Shown here one piece after another: positions 49,462 to 58,459 of a stretch of 64,000 nucleotides of DNA. The notes below the pieces were generated by a model. It saw only the letters and a program-made list of their open reading frames with translations, ran no database searches and was not told the origin of the DNA. The position numbers and the translations under genes were made by a program. Numbering within the stretch: the stretch's first letter is position 1; each line of letters starts with the position of its first letter. This stretch comes from Ignavibacteriota bacterium (GTDB taxonomy: Bacteria > Bacteroidota > Ignavibacteria > UBA10030): NCBI GenBank assembly GCA_963701295.1, contig OY969585.1, positions 3,232,001 through 3,296,000 on the forward strand. Reading direction: 5' to 3'.

Positions 49462-49914
49462 TTATTCTGTTGATACAGTTTCCTTCTTTTTTTCAATGGC
49501 ATTTTTCATTGTATGCCAGGGAAGAATAGCGCACTTCACTCGCGCAGGAAATTCACTAACACCGGAAAATGCCGCCAGCTTTCCTAATTCATCGATACCT
49601 GTTTCACCATTCATCTCGCCACGCACAAGATGATGAAACTTTTCAAACAACACCCCCGCTTCGGTTCGCGTTTTTCCTTTTAATACCATGCTCATTACAG
49701 AGGCAGATGCTTTTGAAATCGCACATCCAGATCCTTGAAAAGCAATTTCAGCAATGACTTCTCCATTCATTTTGAGAAAGACCGTATAATGGTCTCCACA
49801 TAATGGATTGTACCCTTCCACCGAACAATCAGCAGCTTCCAGCTTCTTGAAGTTGCGTGGATTCTTGTTATGATCGAGAATGACTTCCTGATATAACGCT
49901 TTGAGATCAGACAT
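49462..49914 (-). CDS. sufU: SufU/NifU-like scaffold (SufE2)
   Basis: LYQEVILDHNKNPRN, NPLCGD, GCAISKASAS, RVKCAILPW. Confidence 0.93.
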   Translation of the reverse strand: MSDLKALYQEVILDHNKNPRNFKKLEAADCSVEGYNPLCGDHYTVFLKMNGEVIAEIAFQGSGCAISKASASVMSMVLKGKTRTEAGVLFEKFHHLVRGEMNGETGIDELGKLAAFSGVSEFPARVKCAILPWHTMKNAIEKKKETVSTE

Positions 49915-51169
49915 ACTCAAAAACCTCTTTCACTTTTTGTATGCCGCGAACCAGTACCCGCACTTCTTCCCGCGTATTATAGAATGCAAACGATGCACGT
50001 GCTGTTGCCGGAATTCCAAACCGCTGCATCACCGGCTGCGCACAATGATGTCCTGTTCGAATCGCGATCCCTTCGCGATCAAGAATGGTTCCGATGTCGT
50101 GCGGATGAATTCCTTCCAATACGAAGGATATTACACCTGCCTTTTCTCTTGCTGTTCCAATAATTGTTAATCCGTCAATTGTAGAAATTTCTTCTTCTGC
50201 AAATCGTAGAAGTGCTTGTTCGTATTCCTGAATACGGTTCCAATCGAATAACTTTAAATAATCAATCGCCGCCCCCAACCCTATGGCACCTTCAATGTGC
50301 GGAGTACCCGCTTCAAATTTATAGGGGATATTATTGAAGATCGTCTTCTCGAACGTGACAGATTTTATCATATCACCGCCACCTTGATACGGAGGCATGG
50401 ATTCAAGAAGCTGTGTTTTTCCATACAATATTCCTATGCCTGTTGGGCCAAACATCTTGTGAGATGAGAAGACATAGAAATCAGCATCAAGATCGCGGAC
50501 ATCCACACGAAGGTGCGGAACAGCTTGTGCACCATCAATGAGCACGGGGACACCTTTCCGGTGTGCCATCTCGATCATTTGCTTTACAGGATTGACAGTG
50601 CCGAGTGCATTCGATACATGACTGATGGCTGTTATCTTCGTCTTTCCGGATAACAGGCGATTGAATTCGTCCAGAAGAATTTCGCCATTATTATCTATCG
50701 GTACAACGCGAAGATGCGCGCCCTTCTCTTCACAGATCATCTGCCATGGAACAATATTCGAATGATGCTCAAGTCCTGTAATCAACACTTCATCACCTGA
50801 CTTTAATTTTTCTTTCCCAAATGTCGCCGCAACAAGATTGATTGCTTCTGTAGCTCCACGAACAAAAATAATCTCTCGTTCGGAACCTGCATTCAAAAAA
50901 ATTTGAGCATTCACACGTGCAGCCTCGTACTTCTGTGTTGCCAACTCGCTCAGATAATGAACGCCGCGGTGAACATTCGAATGTTCTGTCGTATAGTAAT
51001 GTTGAATAGCCTCTATGACAGAAATCGGTTTTTGCGTAGATGCGGCATTATCAAGATAGATCAACGGTTTTCCATGAACTCCCAAAGCGAGGATGGGAAA
51101 ATCACGGCGAATCTTTTCGACAGGAAAAGTGTTAAGGATAGATTCAGTTATAATCGTTGAATTATTCAT
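49907..51169 (-). CDS. sufS: cysteine desulfurase SufS
   Basis: YLDNAASTQKP, SNVHRG, SSHKMFGPTGIG, RTGHHCAQP. Confidence 0.96.
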   Translation of the reverse strand: MNNSTIITESILNTFPVEKIRRDFPILALGVHGKPLIYLDNAASTQKPISVIEAIQHYYTTEHSNVHRGVHYLSELATQKYEAARVNAQIFLNAGSEREIIFVRGATEAINLVAATFGKEKLKSGDEVLITGLEHHSNIVPWQMICEEKGAHLRVVPIDNNGEILLDEFNRLLSGKTKITAISHVSNALGTVNPVKQMIEMAHRKGVPVLIDGAQAVPHLRVDVRDLDADFYVFSSHKMFGPTGIGILYGKTQLLESMPPYQGGGDMIKSVTFEKTIFNNIPYKFEAGTPHIEGAIGLGAAIDYLKLFDWNRIQEYEQALLRFAEEEISTIDGLTIIGTAREKAGVISFVLEGIHPHDIGTILDREGIAIRTGHHCAQPVMQRFGIPATARASFAFYNTREEVRVLVRGIQKVKEVFEYV

Positions 51170-52506
51170 TCCTCTAAAAGCCCTGTTTGTCTGACATCCA
51201 GTCTGTCGTGAATCATACTCTCTATTTGTTGGCATAACGGTTCGATGGTAATCCGGTTGATTACATCGCCTGCAAAAGCGAACGTGAGGATATCGCGTGC
51301 CGCCGCTAGATCAATTCCACGTGAACGAAGATAGAACAACTGCTCGTCGTCCAATTGACCGATGGCAGCACCATGTGTGCATTTCACATCATCTGCAAAA
51401 ATTTCTAATTGCGGTTTTGTATTAATTGTCGCACCATCGGAAAGCAGAAGCGTTTTGTTTGTCTGCTTTGCGTCAGTCTTCTGCGCATCTTTTCTTACAC
51501 ATATTTTTCCGTTAAACACTCCCTTCGACCCTCCATCGAGAATAGCTTTGTAGAGTTCATGACTATCGCAGTGAGGTTTTGCATGATCGATAGCAGTGTG
51601 ATTGTCAATGACCTGTGTACCGGTGCTCAAGGTCAATCCGTTGAGCGTACACTCAGAACCTTCCGCATCAAACACAGCGATGATGTTGTTTCGTACGAGA
51701 GAGCCGCCAAGCGAAATCGCATTCGATGTGAAGGTACTTGCCTCATTCATCTGGAGCCGAGTGGTTCCAATATGAAACGCATTCATATTTTCAATTTGAA
51801 GCTTATCATGTTCAAGACGAGCATTCTCTTCGAGCACTATCTCTGTAACCGTGTTCGTGAGATAGGTATTTTGAGCAAGCCCAACATATGTCTCAACGAC
51901 CTTACATTGGCTTTTGGCTCCAACAACAATGAGATTCCGAGGTTGTGCAGTATATGGTTGCTCATAATTGGACGCAATAAAAAGGAATTGTATTGGTCGA
52001 TCGATCACTATTTCATCCGGGATCAAAATAAAACCACCATCCCACATGAATGCAGTATTGAGCGCTGTGAAAGCACTCTCCTCACCCTTTACCAAACGGG
52101 CAATATATGGTTGAACTTCCTCCGGATATTTCTTCAATGTATCAGCTAAACTTCCAACCACTACTCCTTGAGGGAGTATTCCAATATCCGAAAGTTCCGA
52201 TGAAAACATTCCATTGATGAACACTGTTTGAACTGCTCCATTAACAAGATGTTTTCCGATATCGTTTCGTGTTATTCCATATAATTCAAATTGAAGAATT
52301 GGTTGAAACTCAATCTTTGTGATCGGAGAAATATTGGTGAATCGCCATTCTTCTTGCCGTGTTGTCGGGAAACCATTTTTGGAAAATCGACGAATAGCGT
52401 CGCGTCGCAATGTGTGCACGGGCGTTGACTTCTCACCATTCAAACTTTGTTCGAACGCTTCAAATCTCAATAGATACCATTGTATATTCTTGTCGGCAGA
52501 TTGCAT
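51166..52506 (-). CDS. sufD: Fe-S assembly protein SufD
   Basis: FPTTRQEEWRFT, AQKTDAKQ..K.LLL, TKPQLEIFADDVKCTHGA, LFYLRSRGI. Confidence 0.95.
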   Translation of the reverse strand: MQSADKNIQWYLLRFEAFEQSLNGEKSTPVHTLRRDAIRRFSKNGFPTTRQEEWRFTNISPITKIEFQPILQFELYGITRNDIGKHLVNGAVQTVFINGMFSSELSDIGILPQGVVVGSLADTLKKYPEEVQPYIARLVKGEESAFTALNTAFMWDGGFILIPDEIVIDRPIQFLFIASNYEQPYTAQPRNLIVVGAKSQCKVVETYVGLAQNTYLTNTVTEIVLEENARLEHDKLQIENMNAFHIGTTRLQMNEASTFTSNAISLGGSLVRNNIIAVFDAEGSECTLNGLTLSTGTQVIDNHTAIDHAKPHCDSHELYKAILDGGSKGVFNGKICVRKDAQKTDAKQTNKTLLLSDGATINTKPQLEIFADDVKCTHGAAIGQLDDEQLFYLRSRGIDLAAARDILTFAFAGDVINRITIEPLCQQIESMIHDRLDVRQTGLLEE

Positions 52507-52526
52507 GTTCTTTGATTCTCTTTCAA

Positions 52527-53292
52527 CTATATAACTTGCTCAACTTCTTCACGAACCCAGTCATATCCGAGTTCTTCAAGTTTGATTGCAAGTTCTTTTC
52601 CGCCTGATTTCACAATTTTACCATCGACCAGAACGTGTACATAATCCGGCACAATATAATTGAGCAGCCGCTGATAGTGCGTTACTATAATTGTTGCATT
52701 CTCTTTCGAACGAAGTTTGTTGACGCCTTCCGATACGGTTTTCAATGCATCAATATCCAGACCAGAATCCGTTTCATCCAGGATCGACAGCCTCGGTTCC
52801 AGTACCTGCCATATGAAATATTTCATTACGCTTCTTCTCACCTCCCGAGAATCCTTCATTCACAGGACGGTTTAGAAAGCTTTCATTCATTTCTACTAAT
52901 TTCGTTTTTTGCTTGAGAAGCGATAGGAAATCTATTGCATCAAGTTCTTCCAAACCCTTGTGTTTTCTGATTGCATTAAGCGCCGCTTTAAGGAAATACG
53001 AGTTGTTCACACCTGGAATTTCTACAGGATATTGAAATGCCAAGAATAATCCCTCTCGCGCTCTTTCTTCCGGATCCATTTCTAACAAATCTTTTCCTTG
53101 ATAGAGGGCTTGTCCTTCAGTAACGATATAGGCTTCTCGTCCTACGAGTACTCCAGCAAGAGTACTTTTTCCAGAACCATTAGGCCCCATGATCGCATGG
53201 ACTTCACCGATATTTACTTGAAGATTGATCCCATGGAGAATTTCGTTTCCGTTCACACTCGCATGCAAATTTATTACTTCTAACAAACTCAT
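52527..53292 (-). pseudogene. sufC: Fe-S assembly ATPase SufC, split by an apparent +1 frameshift near 52805
   Basis: GPNGSGKST...[15 protein letters not shown] lies in one frame and [21 protein letters not shown]...VTHYQRLL in the next; removing one G (GCA G GTA) fuses them; probably a sequencing error. Confidence 0.9.
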
Positions 53293-53328
53293 TTTATCTA
53301 TCCTTATTCATAAATATATAATAACTTT

Positions 53329-53385
53329 GTGATTTAGTGACTTGGTGATTTGATGTCGTCAATCACCAAATCGCAAATCGTAAAT
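53329..53385. repeat. inverted short tandem 7-8-mer repeats between sufB and sufC
   Basis: GTGATTTA GTGACTTG GTGATTTG ... AATCACCA AATCGCA AATCGTA AAT. Confidence 0.6.
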
Positions 53386-54831
53386 TTACCCAACGCTTCC
53401 TTCCAAGCTCACTCCCAGAAGTTTCTGTGCCTCGACTGCAAACTCCATCGGTAATTCATGGAAGACTTCCCTGCAAAACCCGTTCACAATCATATTCACT
53501 GCATCTTCTGTGGAAAGACCACGTTGCTTGCAGTAAAATATTTGATCTTCACCGATCTTTGATGTAGTTGCTTCGTGTTCGGCTTTCGAGGAAGTGTTTT
53601 TCACTTCGATGTATGGGAAGGTATGTGCGCCGCACTTGTCACCTAAAAGAAGTGAATCGCATTGAGAATAATTACGTGAATTGATGGCATTCTTTTTCAT
53701 TTCTACCAATCCCCGATAGGAGTTTTGTCCATGGCCTGCTGAAATGCCCTTCGATACAATCGTGCTTTTTGTATTTTTCCCAATGTGGGTCATTTTTGTC
53801 CCAGTATCTGCTTGCTGATAATTGTTTACAACAGCAACAGAATAGAACTCGCCAACTGAATTATCACCGATCAGCAGCACACTTGGATATTTCCATGTAA
53901 TAGCAGAACCCGTCTCAACCTGCGTCCATGAGATTTTGGAATTCACACCGGCACATTTTCCGCGTTTTGTGACAAAATTATAAATACCGCCGCGGCCCTC
54001 TTTATCACCGGGATACCAGTTTTGCACTGTCGAATATTTAATGCGTGCATTATCCAACGCAATTAATTCCACAACGGCAGCATGGAGTTGATTTTTATCA
54101 CGCATGGGGGCCGTACATCCTTCAAGGTAACTCACCTGCGCTCCCTCTTCCGCCACTATCAGAGTGCGCTCAAACTGTCCGGTATCTGCTGCATTAATAC
54201 GAAAGTACGTTGATAATTCCATCGGACAGCGAATACCCTTCGGAATAAAACAAAATGAGCCGTCACTAAATACAGCCGAATTCAGTGCGGCAAAATAATT
54301 GTCATTTGCCGGCACAACAGAACCGAGATATTTTCGCACGAGATCCGGGTGTTCTCGAACGGCTTCGGAAAATGAACAAAAAATGATCCCGAGTTCCTTT
54401 AATTTTTCTTTGAACGTTGTCGCAACAGAAACACTGTCGAATACAGCATCGACCGCAACACCTGCAAGCCATTCCTGTTCGCGCAGAGGAATGCCGAGTT
54501 TCTCATATGTCCGAAGCAACTCTGGATCGACCTCCGAAATATCTTTCAACTCGGTCTTTTTCCTAGGTGCCGAATAATACACAATAGTCTGATAGTCAAT
54601 TTGCGGATAATGAATGTTTGGCCACCGCGGCTCTTCCATCTTTTGCCAATGCCGGTACGATTTTAAACGCCATTCGAGCAGCCATCCCGGTTCCTGCTTC
54701 TTGGTAGAAATGAATCTGATAATGTCTTCATTCAAACCGGCAGGCGCGGAATCTGCTTCTATGTCCGTGATAAATCCATACTTGTATTCCTGAGCTGCAA
54801 ACTCTTCTATGGCATTCGTTTCAGTATTCAT
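53386..54831 (-). CDS. sufB: Fe-S assembly protein SufB
   Basis: [57 protein letters not shown]. Confidence 0.98.
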   Translation of the reverse strand: MNTETNAIEEFAAQEYKYGFITDIEADSAPAGLNEDIIRFISTKKQEPGWLLEWRLKSYRHWQKMEEPRWPNIHYPQIDYQTIVYYSAPRKKTELKDISEVDPELLRTYEKLGIPLREQEWLAGVAVDAVFDSVSVATTFKEKLKELGIIFCSFSEAVREHPDLVRKYLGSVVPANDNYFAALNSAVFSDGSFCFIPKGIRCPMELSTYFRINAADTGQFERTLIVAEEGAQVSYLEGCTAPMRDKNQLHAAVVELIALDNARIKYSTVQNWYPGDKEGRGGIYNFVTKRGKCAGVNSKISWTQVETGSAITWKYPSVLLIGDNSVGEFYSVAVVNNYQQADTGTKMTHIGKNTKSTIVSKGISAGHGQNSYRGLVEMKKNAINSRNYSQCDSLLLGDKCGAHTFPYIEVKNTSSKAEHEATTSKIGEDQIFYCKQRGLSTEDAVNMIVNGFCREVFHELPMEFAVEAQKLLGVSLEGSVG

Positions 54832-54855
54832 AATTTCTTTTACTCGACCAATCAT

Positions 54856-55260
54856 TCATACAATTTGTTCCAGTGTTGTGTTTTCAAAAAGTGCGTTGAG
54901 GTTATGTTGCATCTTGCCCAATGGCTTACGAATAATGCAAGCATCAAAAATTGAACAGCTCTCTCCACCATCGGCATAACATTCGGCTATTGTGGCTTTC
55001 TCTTCTTCAATTACGTTGATAATGTAAGAAACTTGAATTTGATCGGGTTTTTTTGCAAGAGAATATCCGCCCCGCATTCCCTGCGTTGAAACAACCACTC
55101 CGGATTTCGTAAGTTTCTGTAAAACCTTCGCTAGAAGTTCGTATGAAATATTATACTTAACTGCAATTTCTTTCGCCGTGAACACATGACCATGCGAATT
55201 CATCGCCATATGACGCAGCGCGATGAGAGCATATTCCACTTTTTTTGAAAGTTGAAGCAT
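54856..55260 (-). CDS. Rrf2 family transcriptional regulator (IscR/SufR-like) heading the suf operon
   Basis: LSKKVEYALIAL, L.KVLQKL..SG.V.STQGMRGGY; three Cys (ECYADGGESCSIFDAC). Confidence 0.92.
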   Translation of the reverse strand: MLQLSKKVEYALIALRHMAMNSHGHVFTAKEIAVKYNISYELLAKVLQKLTKSGVVVSTQGMRGGYSLAKKPDQIQVSYIINVIEEEKATIAECYADGGESCSIFDACIIRKPLGKMQHNLNALFENTTLEQIV

Positions 55261-55262
55261 AA

Positions 55263-55283
55263 ATACGACCGATCCGGTCTTAT
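55263..55283. promoter_or_regulatory. candidate Rrf2 autoregulatory operator
   Basis: ATACGACC-GATCC-GGTCTTAT inverted repeat directly upstream of the Rrf2 start codon. Confidence 0.55.
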
Positions 55284-55426
55284 ATTACTCCAAAAAATAA
55301 GAGTCTTCCAACATGACTCTTCCTGTTTAAATATCTAACTCTTTTCTTCTAAAATCAAGTACTTCTAAAATTTTCACACTCAATCATCTTTGAAGAGAGA
55401 ACATTATTCTCTATTTTATCTTTTGT

Positions 55427-56359
55427 ATGGAAGCACTTCAAACAGTCGATCTGACGAAGCATTATCGATCTGGCCTGTTCAAAAGAAAGAACATCATTGC
55501 GCTCGAAAAAGTTTCCCTTTCTATCGAACAAGGTGAAATTTTCGGATTGCTGGGTCCTAACGGAGCGGGAAAGACGACGTTTATCAAGCTCCTTCTTTCT
55601 ATAGCACATCCAACATCAGGTGCAGCCACAGTTCTCGGTCATCCGTTAGGACAGCGTGCGCTCAAAGAACAATGCGGATACCTGCCAGAGAGCCATCGAT
55701 ATCCAGGATTTCTAACTGCATTGGATACATTGATATTCTTTGGAAGACTGAATGGATTGCAAGAAAATAAATTGAAGGACAAAGCACATTTCTTACTCGA
55801 AATGGTAGGATTGAAAGAATGGACGAAAGTCAAAACAAAAAAGTTTTCAAAAGGAATGCTACAACGGCTCGGACTTGCACAGGCACTCGTCAATGATCCA
55901 AAATTATTATTTCTTGATGAACCGACAGACGGCGTTGATCCAATTGGCCGCAAAGAAATTCGCGATCTTCTTCTGCGGTTGAAAAGAGAAGGCACCACCA
56001 TTTTCTTGAACTCCCATTTGCTTTCTGAGATAGAAATGATTTGCGACCATATAGCAATTCTCAATAAAGGAAAAGTGGTACGCACCGGAATAATCTCAGA
56101 ATTAACGAGACAGAAGCTAGCGTACATTATTCAATTATCTGCACCGATATCCGAAGACCTTCGAGTACGTCTCAGCCAATCGCACTTTTCTCTTGAGTTT
56201 AAAGATACCTGTCTCACTGTTACAATAAAAGATAAATCGGAGCTCAATTCGATCATTGACACACTCCGTGCCGGTGGAATAGGAATTGAGGGCATGACAC
56301 AACAGAAAATATCGCTCGAAGATTACTTCATTCAGCTCATGAAAGGAGAAAACGAATAG
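55427..56359 (+). CDS. ABC transporter ATP-binding protein (ABC-2 type)
   Basis: GPNGAGKTT, FSKGMLQR, LFLDEPT, SHLL. Confidence 0.93.
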   Translation: MEALQTVDLTKHYRSGLFKRKNIIALEKVSLSIEQGEIFGLLGPNGAGKTTFIKLLLSIAHPTSGAATVLGHPLGQRALKEQCGYLPESHRYPGFLTALDTLIFFGRLNGLQENKLKDKAHFLLEMVGLKEWTKVKTKKFSKGMLQRLGLAQALVNDPKLLFLDEPTDGVDPIGRKEIRDLLLRLKREGTTIFLNSHLLSEIEMICDHIAILNKGKVVRTGIISELTRQKLAYIIQLSAPISEDLRVRLSQSHFSLEFKDTCLTVTIKDKSELNSIIDTLRAGGIGIEGMTQQKISLEDYFIQLMKGENE

Positions 56360-57198
56360 TGAGGTTCTTGGGCATGTTTCGGTTTACCATCGGAGAAGTA
56401 CTTCGCAAGGGAACGCTCATTTTCTATTTTAGCGTTGCTACCTGCTTTCTAATATTCTTTGCTTTAGGCATCAGCCATTCTCCCGACGATCCTGATATAG
56501 TGACAATCTTTGGTTCACCCTTTGCCCATCAATCTCAACCAGGATTGAATGTCATCGAATTCATTCTTCTCCAATTACATTCATCATCTGTTTTTTGGAT
56601 TATTCTTTTTGGTGTTTTCGGCGTCGCCGGGCTCATTCCGGGAATGTTAGAAAAAGGTACCATCGATCTTTTCCTCAGCAAACCACTTGCCCGCACTGAA
56701 TTGTTGATGGCGCGTGCTCTTGGCGCCGCATCCGGAATTGCCGTAAATCTCATCTACTTCTTCGTTGGTATTTGGCTTATTTTTGGTTTAAAAGCTGGGG
56801 TGTGGCACTGGGGATTTCTCTCATCTGTCATCTACGTTGTATATGCTTTCATTTGTTTCTTTTCCGTAGTCACTATCGCCGGATTGATCACGCGCAGTCC
56901 CGGATTTTCAATCATGATAGCATTTTCTTTCGCACTAATCTCCTGGGGACTTGAATTAAGAGAGAACGGACTCTATCGACTCTGGGATAATGTCGTCTAT
57001 CATCGATTGCTCGACGCGTTCTATTATCTCACTCCGCAGCTCAATGCGATGCTTGAAAATTCTTCGCGTGTGATCGGGAAAAATCCATTCATTCCATCTC
57101 CTGCAGAATTTACATTCATGCCGTTTCTCTACTCGTTCTTTTCTACATCTCTTCTCTACGGCCTTTCTGTTTGGTATTTTTCACGTCAGGATTATTGA
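56359..57198 (+). CDS. ABC-2 type permease
   Basis: About six TM helices; EKGTIDLFLSKPLAR; C-terminal FSRQDY; coupled to the ATPase gene. Confidence 0.88.
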   Translation: MRFLGMFRFTIGEVLRKGTLIFYFSVATCFLIFFALGISHSPDDPDIVTIFGSPFAHQSQPGLNVIEFILLQLHSSSVFWIILFGVFGVAGLIPGMLEKGTIDLFLSKPLARTELLMARALGAASGIAVNLIYFFVGIWLIFGLKAGVWHWGFLSSVIYVVYAFICFFSVVTIAGLITRSPGFSIMIAFSFALISWGLELRENGLYRLWDNVVYHRLLDAFYYLTPQLNAMLENSSRVIGKNPFIPSPAEFTFMPFLYSFFSTSLLYGLSVWYFSRQDY

Positions 57199-57287
57199 GA
57201 ATATTATACATTCTCGCATATCACTTCCCTCCCCCCGTTTGAATGTGACAAGATTTCTAACTACCTTTTTTAAATAATGAGGAAATT

Positions 57288-58424
57288 ATGAAAATCGGCA
57301 TTACATGTTACCCTACATACGGCGGCAGCGGGGTTGTTGCTACAGAGCTTGGTAAGGCTCTTGCCAAACGCGGACATTCTGTGCATTTTATCAGCTATGC
57401 GATGCCGATGCGCCTTAGCGGCTTTCAAGACAACATTGTGTACCATGAAGTTGAAATGTCAAGTTACCCGCTCTTCGACTTCCCGTTGTATACTTTAGCA
57501 CTCGCCAGCAAGATGGTGGAAGTAGCACGATATGAGAAACTCGATCTCTTCCATTGTCATTATGCTCTCCCTCACGCCACAAGTGCATATCTTGCTCGAC
57601 AGATATTGCAAGAGACAAACATCAAGATCATCACAACACTGCATGGAACAGACATCACGCTTGTCGGACTTGAGCCAAGCTTTCTTGCAATCATGAAATT
57701 CAGCATTGAACAGAGCGATGGCGTAACAGCGGTCTCACGGTTCCTCAAAGAAAAAACGTTAACGAACTACAATATCAACAAAGAGATTGAGGTCATTCCT
57801 AACTTCATCGACATTGAAAAATATCGAAGAAATCCTTCAACAAAATTTTGTGCCAACTGTGCACCGCATGGCGAGAAAGTTCTCGTCCACACTTCAAACT
57901 TCCGTCCGGTGAAGCGCGTACTCGATGTCATCAAAATTTTCAACGAAGTTCAGAAAAAAGTACCGAGCGTTCTCATCCTCATCGGTGACGGACCGGATCG
58001 TTCGCAGTGCGAAATGCTGTGCCACGAGCTTGGAATTCAAGAAAAAGTACGATTCCTTGGAAAGCAAGCCGAATTAGTTCCTATTCTTTCGACCGCCCAT
58101 TTATTCCTCATGCCAAGTCAATCAGAAAGTTTTGGATTATCCGCACTCGAAGCGATGGCTTGTGAAGTTCCTGTCATTTCCTCCAGCGTCGGCGGATTGC
58201 CTGAGCTTCAAGTACATGGTCAGACTGGCTTCATTGCTGAAATCGGCGACATTGATCGGATGGCACGCTATGCCATAGACCTGCTCACGAATCCACCAAA
58301 GCACGCACTGTTTGCAGAGGCAGCACGCAAACGAGCCATTGAATTTGAATCATCGAAGATCGTAACACAGTATGAACAGCACTACGAACGGATTCTCGCC
58401 AATGTCGGCAGCCCTGTAAAATAA
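57288..58424 (+). CDS. bshA: N-acetyl-alpha-D-glucosaminyl L-malate synthase BshA
   Basis: MKIGITCYPTYGGSGVVATELG, HCHYALPHA, TTLHGTDITLVG, SNFRPVKR, ESFGLSALEAM. Confidence 0.96.
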   Translation: MKIGITCYPTYGGSGVVATELGKALAKRGHSVHFISYAMPMRLSGFQDNIVYHEVEMSSYPLFDFPLYTLALASKMVEVARYEKLDLFHCHYALPHATSAYLARQILQETNIKIITTLHGTDITLVGLEPSFLAIMKFSIEQSDGVTAVSRFLKEKTLTNYNINKEIEVIPNFIDIEKYRRNPSTKFCANCAPHGEKVLVHTSNFRPVKRVLDVIKIFNEVQKKVPSVLILIGDGPDRSQCEMLCHELGIQEKVRFLGKQAELVPILSTAHLFLMPSQSESFGLSALEAMACEVPVISSSVGGLPELQVHGQTGFIAEIGDIDRMARYAIDLLTNPPKHALFAEAARKRAIEFESSKIVTQYEQHYERILANVGSPVK

Positions 58425-58459
58425 TCAAACCAACAACACGCTATGCATTCTTATGAAAA

